Shown piece by piece: positions 10,189-27,747 of a stretch of DNA of 64,000 nt (the first letter of the stretch is position 1; each line of letters opens with the position of its first letter). The stretch spans positions 69,006,001 to 69,070,000 of the forward strand of contig OZ024743.1 in NCBI GenBank assembly GCA_964016885.1. The letters run 5' to 3'. Source of the DNA: Eledone cirrhosa. Lineage: Eukaryota. Made by a program: the position numbers and the translations under genes. The notes under the pieces are model-generated. The model was given only the letters and a program-made list of their open reading frames with translations. It ran no database searches and was not told the DNA's origin.

Positions 10189-12446
10189 ATATTTCGAAAT
10201 ATAGCATTATGGGCCAACTGGCTGTAAGTGGTGTTGTCCACTTCGTAAATATTAATTTTTTTCGGAAAGAACGAAAGTGTTATTCAACCTGAAATCGAGA
10301 GCCTACTCTCCTAAGGTAACTGAACTTGCTCTTTTCGAGGCGGACCTTCTTGACTTAGTCGCTAACATTTCCAAACATCCTAACACCTTTCAAACTAAAC
10401 TTAGAAACGATATTAAGAAATTTTAGGTCTTCTAATAATTCTTTCGTTCTTTCCGAAAAAACTAATAATATTTACGAAGTCGACAACACCACTTACAGCG
10501 AATTGGCCCATAACTCTATTACTTCCAAATATAAGAAAGCTAACTCTATGGCCTACCACGACATTAATACAGAATCCAAAGAACTTGCCGCCGCCATTAA
10601 GGTAGATAAGAAGCTACAATCTCTAGCTAAGCGGGAGGCGTTCCTCACCCTGAAAGATCACAAGGTCGACTTTACTTCTAACCCCACATGTAGACTAGTA
10701 AACCCGGCACGCACAGATATGAGACTAGTCAGTAAGGCTATCCTTAGAAACATAGTTAAGACCATTAGGACCAAGTCCAACCTGTCCCAGTGGGAGAACA
10801 GCGACTCCGTAATTAAGTGGTTTAACTCCTTCAAATCCAAAAAAAACGAATTTCACAGTTTGACATAGTTGACTTTTACCCGTCGATCTCAAAGACCCTG
10901 TTAAACAAAGCGTTGGACTTTGCTACCACTTACACTACCGTCAATGGTTTAGACAGGGAAATCATTGGTCACTGCCGGAAAACCCTCCTCTTCAACAACG
11001 GAGTAGCCTGAGCAAAGAAGTCAACAACTTCAGACCTATTCGACTTCTCCATGTGATCGTTCGACAGTGCTGACGAATGAAAATTTGTTGGCCTTTTTAT
11101 CTTAGACATATTACGTGTTAGATTCCCGTACTCCCACACGGGAATATACCGCGACGATGGACTGAACTTATCGAGCCATAAAATGGTCACGCCCTCGACC
11201 GGTTTAAAAAAAGACTTAGCTCCTACCTTCAATGAGTTAGGACTTGGGATAATAGTAGCTACCAACCTCTCTAGCGTAGATTTCATAGACATTAATTTGG
11301 ACCTTCGCATATACACCTTCTATTAGCTTAACGAAAAACTCAATTACATTCACAAGGACTCATGCCACCCTCCCACTGTTTTTAGAAATTTCGTAAATAA
11401 TATCAGTACTTGAATCGCAAACCTCTCCTCTAATAAGGCTATCTTTGACAGAGCGGCACCCTACTGTAACACGGCGTTAGCTAACAGCGGCTGCTCGCAA
11501 CCTATCACTTACTCTCCCACTAACAACAACAGCAATAAGAAAAGTAAGGGTAATAATAGACAAACTATCTGGTTCTCTCCTCCCTCCTCACTCAACGATA
11601 AAACCAATGTAGATAAAAAAGTTCTAGCCCCCTTAGATAGACTTTCCCATAGGTCATAAATTCCGCTCCATCTTTAACAAAATAAAACTAGGATACTCCT
11701 ACGCTAAGAACATTATGGCCCACATCAACAACAGCCTTAAGAGCAACACTCCACCAGGGTGCTCTTGCCGTAAGCCCGAAACTTGTCCCCTTCAACAGCA
11801 ATGCAACACACCCGCTGTATTTTATGAAGCTGTGGTAACTTCCAACTGACCAAATCAACCACAGGAGGTCAAATCCTATGTGGGTATGGCGGAGGGCTGA
11901 TTTAAAGAAACGCTTCCTGAATCACCAGTCGACCTTTAGACACCCGGACAGACGTTCACGAAGAAACTCACGAACCACGTATGGTCCATCAAGGTCTCAA
12001 GTATAGACTTCTCCATTCAATGGAAAGCCATCACTAAGTCCAAGCCATATGTAAGGGGCAATCCGTCGTGTGGACTATGTATTGATGAACGAATAAATAT
12101 TCTTAAGAGATTACGCAATAACGATTGCCTAAACACATGATTTGAATCCTTCACACGTTGTCCACACGTCTGGAAACACATCTTACATAACAACAAAGCT
12201 CCAGATTGAATTACAACAACATCCTTATTTTCTTATCAACTATAAACTTTCGGACTTTCGCAGTTATCTCCCTTACACTCTCGCACACAATTTAGTATTG
12301 CCTGAGTGAAGTGACCGTTTCTGCGCATGCGCGTTCGTACGGTTGACCTTCCTGTTCCGTACAACCATGTCCATTACAAGCTGAGGATCCCCTAAGGTTA
12401 AACAACTGTTCTCAGTATGGTGAACTAACTGTTGTGTAACCACTTC
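10189..12446 (+). mobile_element. Decayed Penelope-like element (PLE2), most complete copy in the window
   Basis: EAFLTLKDHK..PTCRLVNPART (ORF 10503-10868), FDIVDFYPSI, GIYRDDGL (YRDD at 11147-11158), TIWFSPP, GCSCRKPETCPLQQQC, VFYEA...YVG (GIY-YIG), CGLC, RCPH; stop ~12209; several stops/frameshifts; ends at (TA)n. Confidence 0.93.
12377..12413 (+). ncRNA. Degenerate HHR at PLE2 3' end
   Basis: AG-CTGAGGA-TCC cctaa GGT-TAAAC-AACT-GTT-CT; homolog with intact core at 55190-55229. Confidence 0.6.
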
Positions 12447-12454
12447 TATATATA

Positions 12455-12956
12455 TATAAGTTTAAAATATACCTATGAAGAAATAATAGATAAATAAATG
12501 ATAGCTTTTTATCCGCGATATTTCTGATAGCCTGTAGAAATTGACTAGATATATCGTTAACCATAACTAATTAGGTACAAAATAAAAAGTTAGAAGAAGA
12601 AATGTACATAAACATACCAACATCATCAAAATATATCTCTACCCCCGGAGGATTCATTCACTTTTTGGATATATCCGATCTTTGATAAATCAACGAGTTT
12701 GGACATCATCAGGAGATAAACTCTATTGGACAAAGATTTTTCTTAAATGATCCCCGCCAGAAACGAATTCAAAATGGCTAACAATTGTCACGTGACCAGT
12801 GGTCAAGTCAGAAAGCTTGTGATTGGTGCCTGTCGGCGAGTTGGCTGGTTTCTAGAAAGCGCAGCCGAATACTGCCTAAAGTTTTACTCAATCTTACGGG
12901 CGTATATACAATTTTAAAGTTTATATACATATAAATTAGACCGAGCTATATATCTG

Positions 12957-12988
<32 letters not shown>

Positions 12989-13548
12989 GGTGTGTGGGTG
13001 TGTGTGTGTGTGTGTGTGTATGTTTTTGGCAACCATTCACGATGTGGCTCAATGACGAATTAATCAAATAATTAAAAATCAGAGCAATATATAAAAAAGT
13101 AAGTCCATAGAATCATGAGATAAAATATATATACTGTATTTCTTCATCCAATCAGCATAATTCAACCACACAAAAAATCATTTAAATGAGGCTAATAGTT
13201 TAGAATATACTTATGAAGAAAGTTGATGATTTTAGTATGTCTATGTACATTTTTTCTTCTAACTTTTATTTTGCACCTAATTATGTATGGTTACCGATAT
13301 ATCTAGCCAATTTCTACAGGCTATCAGAAATACTAGGTACATTTTCTGTGGCTGGGAATCGCTGATAAAAAGCTATCATTTATTTATCTCTTATTTCTTC
13401 ATAAGTATATTTTAAATTTATAGCCTCGTTTAAATGATTTTTTGTGTGGTTGATTATCCTGATTGGGAGAAGAAATACGGTATATATATTGTATCTAATG
13501 ATTCTATGGACCTACTTTTTTATATATTGCTCTGATTGTTAATTATTT
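12455..13548. repeat. Two copies of pLTR family D; the second is a fold-back
   Basis: 12455-12629 is the rc of ~13223-13422; 13067-13221 is the rc of ~13394-13548. Confidence 0.75.
12634..12718 (-). ncRNA. Degenerate HHR with long stem II
   Basis: rc: TATCTC-CTGATGA-...-GAATC-CTCCGGGG-GTA-GAGATA; perfect 6-bp stem I, GAAA mutated to GAAT. Confidence 0.5.
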
Positions 13549-13772
13549 ATATATATATGTATATGCGTACACGGACAGACACACATACACATAAATTTAT
13601 ATACGCACACATATGTATATATGGTGGAATACATGACCGAATTGATGGGTTGGTGAAAGTGATGCATGTATGGAAACAGTTGGAATTATAAAATATATGC
13701 TAGTATGTTGGAATGGATGGAAATAGGTGAGAATAGATGTATTAATAAAGTATTGCACTGTTTACACTCTTT

Positions 13773-14447
13773 GCAGATTACCTAGAAAATGCGCAACAAC
13801 CTTTGACATCTCTCCAGGAAGCAGCCGCCCCCGCTGGCCTTCATCTCAACGAGGTTAAAACAGATTACATATCATAACTGTACAACCAACAACATCAAAG
13901 CAATCAACGGCAGTGATATCAAGCAAGTCGAGGATTTCAAGTCTCTTGGGTCCTGGATCTTGGACTCTGAAAAGGATTTTTCCACCAGAAAGACCCAAGC
14001 ATTGTCAGCTTGCAACAAGATGGATAGACCTTGGTGCTCAAATATTTCCAACCACACGAAAATCAGACTCTTTTAGTAACAATTCAATCCATTTTCCTGT
14101 ATGGAACTGATACATGGACGCTTTCATCCAAACAACAAAAGCGCCTTGATGGCCCCTACTTCGACACATTCAGAACATAAGATGGCGACATCTGACTTAA
14201 AAGGAGAGTAAGATTTGCTAGCGACTGCCATTGTCCCACTTCTGAGGCTGATTCCCCATTAGTGCTTTGGAAACCACAAGCAATTACTAATAACAGGGGA
14301 CGAAACCTCTCCTATCCCGATGTGAATCTCCAGAGGTTCTGATATTGAAATCCAGGACTTGGCAACGTCAATGAACGACAGACCTACGTGGAGATCGATT
14401 GCTGAGTCGATTTTCGCTGAGGCCGCTGGATGATGATGATGATGATG
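13773..14447 (+). mobile_element. Decayed 3' part of RTE-clade LINE
   Basis: AGLHLNEVKT, IKQVEDFKSLGSW, LYGTDTWTL remnants; ends in (GAT)n tail. Confidence 0.8.
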
Positions 14448-15199
14448 TTGATTAATGTGGTGTAAGATAAGAATGAATGAATTAGTGAATGATAGAATTA
14501 TGACATTATTGAATATATATAGAGAGAATGAAAGAAGAAAGGAATGACTGAAAGACAAGCAATGATGAAGGCATCTGGGATTGAGAGAAGGAGTGAAATA
14601 TGGAGAGAATGAAATAAGGATTGAATGAAATAAGGAAAAATGAAAGAAGATCGAATGAAATAAAGAATGAATGAAATGTTGACAGACTGGTATAAGGAAC
14701 GAATGAAAGATAGAATGAAATAAAGAACGGTGAAATTGCACAACGAAAGAATGAAGGATTGAAATGATGTTAACGAAGTAATGAACGATATTAATGAGGA
14801 ACGATGAAGAAAGTAAAGAAGAGAAAGAATAAAAATAAATTGCATTGGGTTTGTTCATATTATTGGGATTATATAAAAGAGAAAAGATTAAGAGAATGAA
14901 TGGATTAATCGATGAAAGAAAGAAAGTAAGGGATAGTGAAGAAAGAGATGACATTATCTGATGAATAATGGTTACAATAAAGAACGGATTAAGATAATCG
15001 ATAAACTCATCAATAGGTGGATTCTTTTTTTTTCCGGGGTGAGAGGTGGGGCTATTTCTTTTCATGATTTTCGTCATTAGATTGTATCCCAGCTCGGGCG
15101 GTTATTTCAAAAGGATTTAGTCAATCATATCGATCTCAGTATCTATATTATTGATTTCTTTTTGCCGTTACTTTACGTCACACACACGACGGGCTTCCG

Positions 15200-15386
<187 letters not shown>

Positions 15387-15639
15387 CTATTTTCTATATA
15401 AATGTTGGAAGTTAAACAGTTTAAGAATATTTAGTATATTAAAGTTTGTATGTGGGCGTAAGAACCAAACTCGCTATCTACAATTCGGTATTCGAGCTAA
15501 CCCTTACCTTTGGTCACGAATCTTGGGTAATAACCGAACGAATACGTTTGAGAATGCAAGGGGGCCGAAATGTGATTCCTCAAAGTTCGTAGCTCGGATA
15601 TCAGAGAGTAACTCTAGGTAGAGCCGCCACTTCTCCGAA

Positions 15640-15915
15640 TTGACTGATTATAGCTCCGATACTAAGGGTATGTAGTTAGAATATCTCAGGAAAGTATCTC
15701 TGAACAGATTTTACGGCCAAAACCAACCGACAGGAGATCCAGGGGTAGACCCCGAACAAGATGTTTGGATAACATCCATGAGCCTGGCTGGTCTCGGATA
15801 GGGATCCAGCCGAATCAGTTGTAGATGATTGCTTTTGACAGAACCCACTGGAAGTAGAGTTTGAAGACTATGCCTCCAACGATTCTCTCATGAATAAGTG
15901 GGCGAAGAAGAAAAC
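15640..15915 (+). mobile_element. Degenerate RTE LINE 3' fragment
   Basis: GRPRTRCLDNI-like motif typical of RTE C-termini. Confidence 0.45.
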
Positions 15916-16428
15916 AGAAAAAAGGTGGGAGTTACATATAGGACTTCAAAAGAATCTAGCAGTCATCATCACCTGAAGCAAGAATATGTTAAGTGTCAGT
16001 GATCTTCTACCAGTTGACAGGTAGTTTTTCCTACACAATCTTCCCCAAACTCAATTATTTCTGTAGCAGGCAATTCGTCGTTTTTTCGTAAAAAAGCAAG
16101 ACTTAATGACGAGTCTATTGTCTTGTTGAAGTTGTTCTTTATTACGACTGAAAGAAAATGGCCGTAATTATCGATTGCTATAAACTAAGATACAACCAAT
16201 CGAACGAAGAGCTGCCGTAGTTAATTCTCTTGTGTTGAAATATTGACAAAAACAAAGGAAAAAAAAAGAAAAAAAACAAGGAAAACGAAGGCAAAATTTC
16301 ATCTTGCATGCCAAATGTTTAAAATATTGAACACTTATTTTGTAAATACTAATTTCCACACCTGAGAATTGGAACTACCTGGAGTCTACATGATATTTAG
16401 GCAACGACATCTTTGTTTTTGACAGGGC

Positions 16429-16790
16429 TACTCTCGGGACAAAAAAAAACAGGGGGTGGAATAAGCGGGCAAGTTGTAATAAGCGAGGAGGTTTGGAATA
16501 AATGTGTGTTCGAATAAGCAGGGAGGGGAGAAGAAATTATTTTTAAAATAGTGAATTAGTCGTTTAGATTACAAATTGAGACCCCAGTCCATTCTATTTA
16601 TTTTATAACGTATGGAATTTCTAGTAATGTATTTTTTTTTTTTGTCATGTATAATTTTTTTATGTGCAAAGAAAATTATTTGTCGCAAGTATGCTACCAA
16701 TTAAAATAAAATTTCACCGGAGATAGATTGGCAAAATTTAATAAGTGGGATAAGAGCGGGGACAAAATTATTTGAGGCCCGCGAGAACAC
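16429..16790. mobile_element. Degenerate MITE (possibly Tc1/pogo-derived)
   Basis: Imperfect TIR TA-CTCTCGGG ... CCCGCGAG with repeated subterminal AATAAGC(G) motifs. Confidence 0.45.
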
Positions 16791-17501
16791 ATTTGTTTCG
16801 ATGTTTTGTGTTATAGTTGGTCGATCAATAAATAGCCTGCTAGTGAGAGTAACGGGCAAATAACTCACTATGCCTCAATCTTTCAACGTAACACAGATAG
16901 TGAAATGACTGTCTCTTCATTTTACTGGTACAGTCCATCCTATAGGCTTCAATACAGTTTCTACCTGACTAATATCGCTCCGAGGCTATGGTAATTCCCC
17001 CCACCACACACACACACGTTGAAGAAACAACGTAATGCGATGGTTGCAGCCTAATGAGGCCCGTCACCCCTGTAATTGTATTTCGTGTAGGTTGAATTTT
17101 GTTTGGCTAGGAAGTTTGCTATATAAATTTGAAGGCCTTGTATGATATTTACTTTTTCTCATATGGATATAAGTATTCACAAAAAATAGAGTGTGACACG
17201 TACAAACGTACAAACATCTGCATGTATGCATTTACGTACATTTGCGCATGCATGCAAGCACACATACATACAAACATACATACATGACGATAGCTACAAC
17301 TCGATTTCGAGTAATGCCATCGCATGATACCTAAGTATAAGCATCACCGACGTGGCATTTAGTCGTGCTAAGGGTTTGCCTACTACAAGCAACGCCATGC
17401 ATCGCAAAAATTTCACATCAAGCGATGATTGTGCTTGAAGCTTTTTTTAAATAAGGAGAGGCTTTGTACGGGACCAATCCAATACTCTGAAATGTGCATT
17501 T

Positions 17502-17567
<66 letters not shown>

Positions 17568-17569
17568 TC

Positions 17570-18460
17570 GTAGTCTGTGCAATACGAATCTTGATCCGCT
17601 CGGAGAATTTCCACATTTTCAGGATCAATTCCTCCATTCATAACCTTCTTATTCAATGCATCCTTGAACCATTTCTTTTGTTTACTGTTTCCTTTTTCTC
17701 CAGACAAAGTTCCCATAAAGGGTTTTTAGGGATACACTCGTCAGCCATGTAGACAATATGTCCAAACCACCAGAATTGGTTTTGCTAAATCATTACCTCG
17801 ATGAAATTAATACCGGATGCCACTAGAACATTAGAGTCAAAAGAGGGTGAATTCCATTTTATTTTCAGAATATGGCGTAAACATTTTTGATGGAATTGTT
17901 TGAGGAATCTGAAGTCATATTTGTATCCAAGTTTCAGAAGAGTATAGAATAGATGATCAGAGAAAGGGGCTATAAACAGATATGTGTTTCATTCTTGATG
18001 TCTTTGTGACATATATAGCAAAGAGAGTAGTTGCATCAAGGTCTCCCTGTTTCACTTTCCACTACATAGGCTCAGAGAGCGTGTCCTCAAATTTACCTGT
18101 AGCTTTTATGTATTTAAGAAGAGATTTCAATATATTTACAAATTTTGAGAGCATACAATTTGAGACAAAACCAACCCAAGGCATTTCTATTAACAGTATC
18201 GAATCTTTACTGAGATCAACAAAACAATGGTAGAGAGTGAGGTTCTGTTCAATACATTTTTCCTGCTGTTGTCTGATTGTGAAGATCATATCTCTAGTGC
18301 TTCTGTTCATGGGGAAGCAATATTGTAACTCAGATACGACTCTTAGCATAAATAATTAATTAAGCCGGCTCAAAATGATACGTACTAGAACCTTACCGAC
18401 AACAGATAATAAGGAAATTTGCCTAATATTACCACAGCGGATTTTGGCAACGTATTTCAA
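17570..18460 (-). mobile_element. Decayed RTE-BovB-like LINE RT fragment with internal deletion
   Basis: ISLLSVVGKVLVRII, RSTRDMIFTIRQQQEKCIEQN...CFVDLSK (ORF 18062-18349), FHQKCLRHILKIKW, WFGHIV. Confidence 0.85.
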
Positions 18461-18759
18461 AAGAATCGAGCTCGGTAGACTGGTCGAAAATGCGAAACTC
18501 CCCCATTATATCGCGTCTATATAAAGTGAAAGAATACCCGAAAGACTGAACTGTCCTTACATAGAATGATACAGGAGTGATATATAGTGCTAAAGTAATT
18601 GTAATACATACTACCGCAATACGACAACATTTTCAAATAGAGATAACATCAAAAATTGAATAAATGCAAAATACAGAGAATGACTAAGAAGAGCACACAA
18701 AAAAAGAATACATGGCGTTCCATGATTTTGAACATGCTAAAAGAAGATGATGCCTAGTT

Positions 18760-22025
<3,266 letters not shown>

Positions 22026-22149
22026 CCTATGTCCCTTTGTTAATATGTGTATCTGTCAAAGTGTTTTGGGAAAAACAGACATGTAATTATTCCACATTGC
22101 CTACTGGAACAGTTTTAAAATGGCGACTGAGGTGGGATAGGGTGCCCAT

Positions 22150-22631
22150 ATAATAACAATAATGACACACATATCTACAATATTATTAATAATAATAAAA
22201 CTGTAATAATGACATCAATAAACATATCAGCGACACAAACAAAGTAAACAATAGTCATGGTAATAATTTATTAATAACAGCAGTAATAATAATATTAATG
22301 ATAATATTTTAAATAATAAAACATCAAGTCTAAAACATCAATTAGAACACACTACTTCGGATGCCATAGTAACGACAACTCCACCACTACCACCACCACC
22401 ACCACCAACCACCACCACCAATACTACTACTAATAATAATACTGCTAATATTACTGCCACCACCACCAATACTACCACTACTACTATTATTATAACAATA
22501 CAAATAACAATAACGATAATAATAATATTAATAATAATAATAATAATAATAAGTATTATTATTAGTAGTATTATTATTATTATTAGTAGTAGTAGTAGTC
22601 GTAGTAGTCGTAGTAGTAGTAGTAGTAGTAG

Positions 22632-22683
<52 letters not shown>

Positions 22684-22684
22684 C

Positions 22685-22744
<60 letters not shown>

Positions 22745-24215
22745 ATGATGTTGGCAGCAATTATAACACTTATGATAGTGATAATAATAAACAGAATCAG
22801 TCTTTTTTAATATTGACATACATTACAATAGTGGTAACTATTACAATAAATAATAACAGACATTCTCAAAGCAAATCATAAGAGAAAAACTAAATAAATG
22901 TAAGTAAAATGAAGAGAGAGACGAGCAGAAGCGGGAGGAGGGGAAATGGAGAGAGGGGGGGGGATAGGGGAGGGGGGAAAATGGAGAGAGTCGAGAGAAG
23001 AGATAGGGGAGGGGGGAAGATGAAAGAGTTTAGAGTAAGAGTAGGAGGAGGAGAAGATATATAAAGGTTCTACAATAATAATAGTAACAACAACAACACC
23101 AACAACAACTACAACACCAACAACAACTACAACAGCGTTACCAAGAAAAGCAATAATATTAAGAAAACACGCAACAACAGCATAAACCATAGTAACAAGT
23201 GTCTGTACCACTATCAAGAAAACTATGAACATCAACAACAGCAACAACAACAACAACACCACAAACAACAACAACACCAATAACTACAGCACCATTAACA
23301 ACATCAACACAACAAACAGCAACACCAATAACTACAGTACCACTACCAAGAAAATTGTGATCAACGACTATAGCAATATCACCAGCAACAATAAAGAGTC
23401 CAATAACACCAACACCAGCATCACCGCCATCGCAAGCAACAACAACACCAACACCACAAGTAACAACAACAACAGCACCAACAACAACAACACCACATAC
23501 AACACCAACACCAAAACCACAAGCTACGATGACAAAACCACCAAAACAATAAGGCAACACCAACAACAAAACAACAACAAAACCCTCAACAACAACACCA
23601 CCACCACAAACAGCAACACCAGCAACAAAACCAATACCACAAATAGCCACAAAACCTCACCACCAACAAAACAACAAAAAATAATCACCAACACCAACAA
23701 CAACAACACCAACAACTACAACACCACCAACAACAACAACAACGCCAACAAGACCACCACTACCACCACAAACAACAACACCACCATCACCCCCACAAAC
23801 AGCAACACCACCAACAACAACACCAACAACACCACCACAACCAACAACAATACCAACAACAACACACACACCACCAACACCAACAACACCAACACCAACA
23901 ACACTAACAACACCACCAATAACCAACAATAATAAAACCACCAGCAAAAACAACGACACCACCAACAAGAACAACAGCAACAACACCACTACCAACAACA
24001 CCAACAACACCACCACTGGCAACAACAATACCAACAACAACACAAACACCGCCACAACCAACAACCAACAACACCACCAGCAACAACAGTACCACCAACA
24101 ACAAAACCACCAACAACAACAACACCAACAACACCACCACAACCAATAACAACAACACAACCAATAACAACACCAACAAAACCACCAACAACAACAGCAA
24201 CAACAAAGGCAACTG
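22150..24215. repeat. Trinucleotide low-complexity field (TAA, TAG, AAC/ACC)
   Basis: (TAG)n ~22585-22742; degenerate (AAC/ACC)n ~23075-24210. Confidence 0.9.
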
Positions 24216-24518
24216 TTAACGAGACATTAAAAGTAAGGAACAAAGACGTTAGATTTTAAAATGTAGATTTTTTCCGCAGCAAACATTGTCCCTCTATCTT
24301 TCTCTCATCTCCACTAGTTTCCACGCTATCTTTCTATTATAGATGTCTCTTACTGTTGTCTCCTTCTAAATTAAATTTCAGAACCAGCATTATTACTATT
24401 TTTAATATAAGTACAATAAATATTAAATTCCATTGTATTATACTCTGCGTTGCTTTGTTATTAAATTTGATACATATATAAATATATACAATATAAAGAA
24501 ATATAATCTAAAATGTAT

Positions 24519-24601
<83 letters not shown>

Positions 24602-24821
24602 GATGTATGTATGTATGTATGTTACATACACACGCGTAAATGTAGATTTGCATCACTAATGGTATTATAAACAGAATATCATATTACTATGCCAAGATTG
24701 TTAAATTTTCATTATCTCTCTTTCAATGTACATGGATTTGTATAGTCGTGTCATACACACACACACACACATACATACACACACACATACACACACAAGT
24801 AAGGTGTGTAACTATTTAGTA

Positions 24822-24877
<56 letters not shown>

Positions 24878-25649
24878 AAGTCAGGGAGAGGTATGTGAAT
24901 AAACACATATTTACACTCATATACATATATATGATTGATATAATTGTGTATGTGCGTGTGTTTGTGCTGACTGTATATATGAGTATGTGTATTTGTGTGT
25001 GAATGTTTGTATTTAGAATTAGAAAGGAGAAAAATATTATTCTATAAATGTTGTAAAGTATAAGTATTTATGACACTGCCTATTCATTCTACAAATATTA
25101 GGAGTTTCACATGTGAGACGTACGCTTAGTTTCTGTGGTAGGTAATACATACAAAAAAAAAGATGGTGGCGAGATATCTTAGAGGTTTCTAGACAAACAA
25201 TAACGTTCTTCAATACCCTCTGGTGGCATTGGTGGCACTCAAGGAAAGATATTTAAAAATAAGTTGGTTTGTGGTTCCAATCTCCTAGTGGCCGAGGAGA
25301 GGTCATTAATATGTGTATACGAATATTTAAAAACACACACGTAGAGCTACTACATGAAATTCCTTTTTTTCAATGGGCTTCCTGAACTGACACAACAGGT
25401 AATACTTTATGATAAGAATCGGAAATTAACTCAAGTTTTTATTTTATTACGTTATAATTCAGAAGTAGGTTATTATATTTCCCAAATATAGAAAGCACAC
25501 ATGAATAAAAGCCGCCATTACACGCTGTAGTAGTTTCGACGTCTCAACCCGACATTTTAAGGGTGTCTCTCTTTCAAAGCCTAAATATTTGTTTCTTTCG
25601 CTAATGTGTTTGATGGAATATATATATATTGATTATACCTATCAATGGT

Positions 25650-25860
25650 CGATTGGCAGTATAAGTACAGGGTCGAGTAACATGTTTTATGGCATACGCA
25701 CTTTTACGATCTAAGATGAAATCCTGTCGGGGTTAGCTTTACCTTTCATCCTTATGGGGGCGATGAAATAAAGTACCAGTATTGCACTGGCGTGGGTCGT
25801 TTTAATCGTCTTTCGTTTCTCCAAAATTTGTTGGCCTTGTACTTAAATCCGAAACCAATA
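25650..25860 (+). mobile_element. Diverged SINE
   Basis: GATTGGCAGTAT head, CTTTCATCCTTATGGGGGCGATGAAATAAAGTACCAGT core. Confidence 0.7.
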
Positions 25861-25869
25861 TGTCTTGTC

Positions 25870-26300
25870 AGTGAGGCCAATATGATTCTTTTAGCTTCGT
25901 CTAGGAAAGTGATTTCGTACGATTCTTGTTTTTGTATTAAGATGTTGTATAAATTGAATATTTTATTAGAACCAGCTCCCTTTTAACAATTCCTTGTTAA
26001 ATTCTGAAACGCTATTAATGATTTCGTCGTCTGATGATGTTTTTGAAATGAGTCTGTTAATGTTACTACTTTCATAACGATGGCGAAGGATATAAGTGCT
26101 ACACTAATGTACATTTTTTAAATATATTCTGATAAAATGGTATTTACCAGTCCTTGAATCTAAAATTGTGTCTAGAAATTTACATCAATTATGTTAGACC
26201 TGAGGCAACTTTATATTAAATCCGTTGAAAGTTTCTATCAAATAATTTCTACATCTATCTAGATGGTATCCGTTTATACGACGAAAGACTATTAAATAAC
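25870..26300 (-). mobile_element. Highly decayed PLE RT/thumb fragment
   Basis: rc reads YLIVFRRINGYHLDRCRNYLIETF, KFLDTILDSRTGKY, NRLISKTSSDDEI, matching the region after YRDD in the other PLEs here. Confidence 0.55.
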
Positions 26301-26874
26301 AAGAATGGAATAATTAAATTATTATATTACGAGTGGTATATTATCACTGTATAGATCATTTCTGGGTAAATAATATTATTACGGTGTTCCAATCGCTCAT
26401 CAGACAGACCAAATTTGTCCTTAAAAATTCTGAATATACAGATTGAAATACGTTCAGTCAGGGACAGCCCTTCCTTTACATGAACAGCAGTTATGATTCT
26501 TCCCTGCTGCTCTACCACAGTTGGTAAGGCTGAGGTCGGCACTAAGAGAGAAGGAAGGAAAACTACAGACAAATATGTGAACTTTTCTCCCTAAATATGT
26601 ATGTAAAAACAATTTTTTCCCCATGTTCTTATTATTCTTATTAATATGCAATATAATTGCATTATACACGTCCGCCGTATGATAAAGAGTATAGAGTGAA
26701 ACCGGTACAAATAATGCGGAAATTCCTAATTTGTAAATATATGTTTTGATGTTATTCTGAGAGAAAATCTCTCTTGAATTTTCCACTGTTTTTTTTTACT
26801 ATTTTTATATATATCAACATGTGTGTCACTTCTCTACATTCTCTATATATATAATAAATATATAAATATAGATA

Positions 26875-26928
<54 letters not shown>

Positions 26929-27019
26929 CATATATATATATATACATATACATATATATATATACATATACATATATATACACACATATATATATATACT
27001 ATATATAATACATATATAC

Positions 27020-27112
<93 letters not shown>

Positions 27113-27120
27113 ATAATAAT

Positions 27121-27222
27121 AATTGTTTCTACTTTTGGCACAAGGCCAGCAATTACCCAGTGCATTGCTGGTACTTTATTTTATCGACTCCGTAAGGATG
27201 AAAGGCAAAGTTAACCTCGGCG
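27121..27222 (-). mobile_element. SINE 3' half
   Basis: rc of shared SINE core and tail. Confidence 0.8.
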
Positions 27223-27450
27223 TTCTGTCTGGACGAGACAGGGAAGCATTCTACCGTAGTAGTAAATTCACCTGTGTCATCGCATGTCTTCTCTCAAAAG
27301 AGGAAAGTCATTTATCAGGACTTTAAGCGGGTAAATTCAAGGTATGAACAAAGATATTTTCACATCCTTAAAAATGTTCTCAACTAACGTTTATAAACAA
27401 TTAATTACAACAATTAATTAAAACAAACTGAGAGAATAATACTGATAATA

Positions 27451-27637
27451 ATAATTGTTTCTACTTTTGTCACATGGCCAGCAATTATCCCAGTATATTA
27501 CTGGTACTTTAATTTATCGACCCCGTAAGGATGAAAGCAAAGTTAACCTCGGTGGGATATGAACTCAGACCGTAAAGGGCCGTAACTCTTTGCTGCAAAG
27601 CATGGCGTCAGACCCTCTACCGATACTGGCAATCCAC
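27451..27637 (-). mobile_element. Near full-length SINE
   Basis: rc of 4032-4221 copy. Confidence 0.85.
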
Positions 27638-27747
27638 AATAATAATAGGTATAAGTGGAAGTTATATCTGCAGTCGAGCAGATACCAATCGAATTTTTTG
27701 AGGCAGTCACAAAGCACTCACTGATGTGAATATATATATATATATAT

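Noticed and set aside
12300-12350. GTGAC...TGAC hairpin as a SECIS for PLE2
   Set aside because: Lacks the apical AA motif and a clean helix II; cannot be supported by eye
14259-15077. 272-aa hydrophobic ORF
   Set aside because: Antisense reading of GAAT/GAAA low complexity plus a LINE tail
22338-24243. Long Asn/Thr-, Val- or Leu-rich ORFs (also 61599-62833)
   Set aside because: Trinucleotide low complexity open in several frames on both strands; no splice or domain evidence
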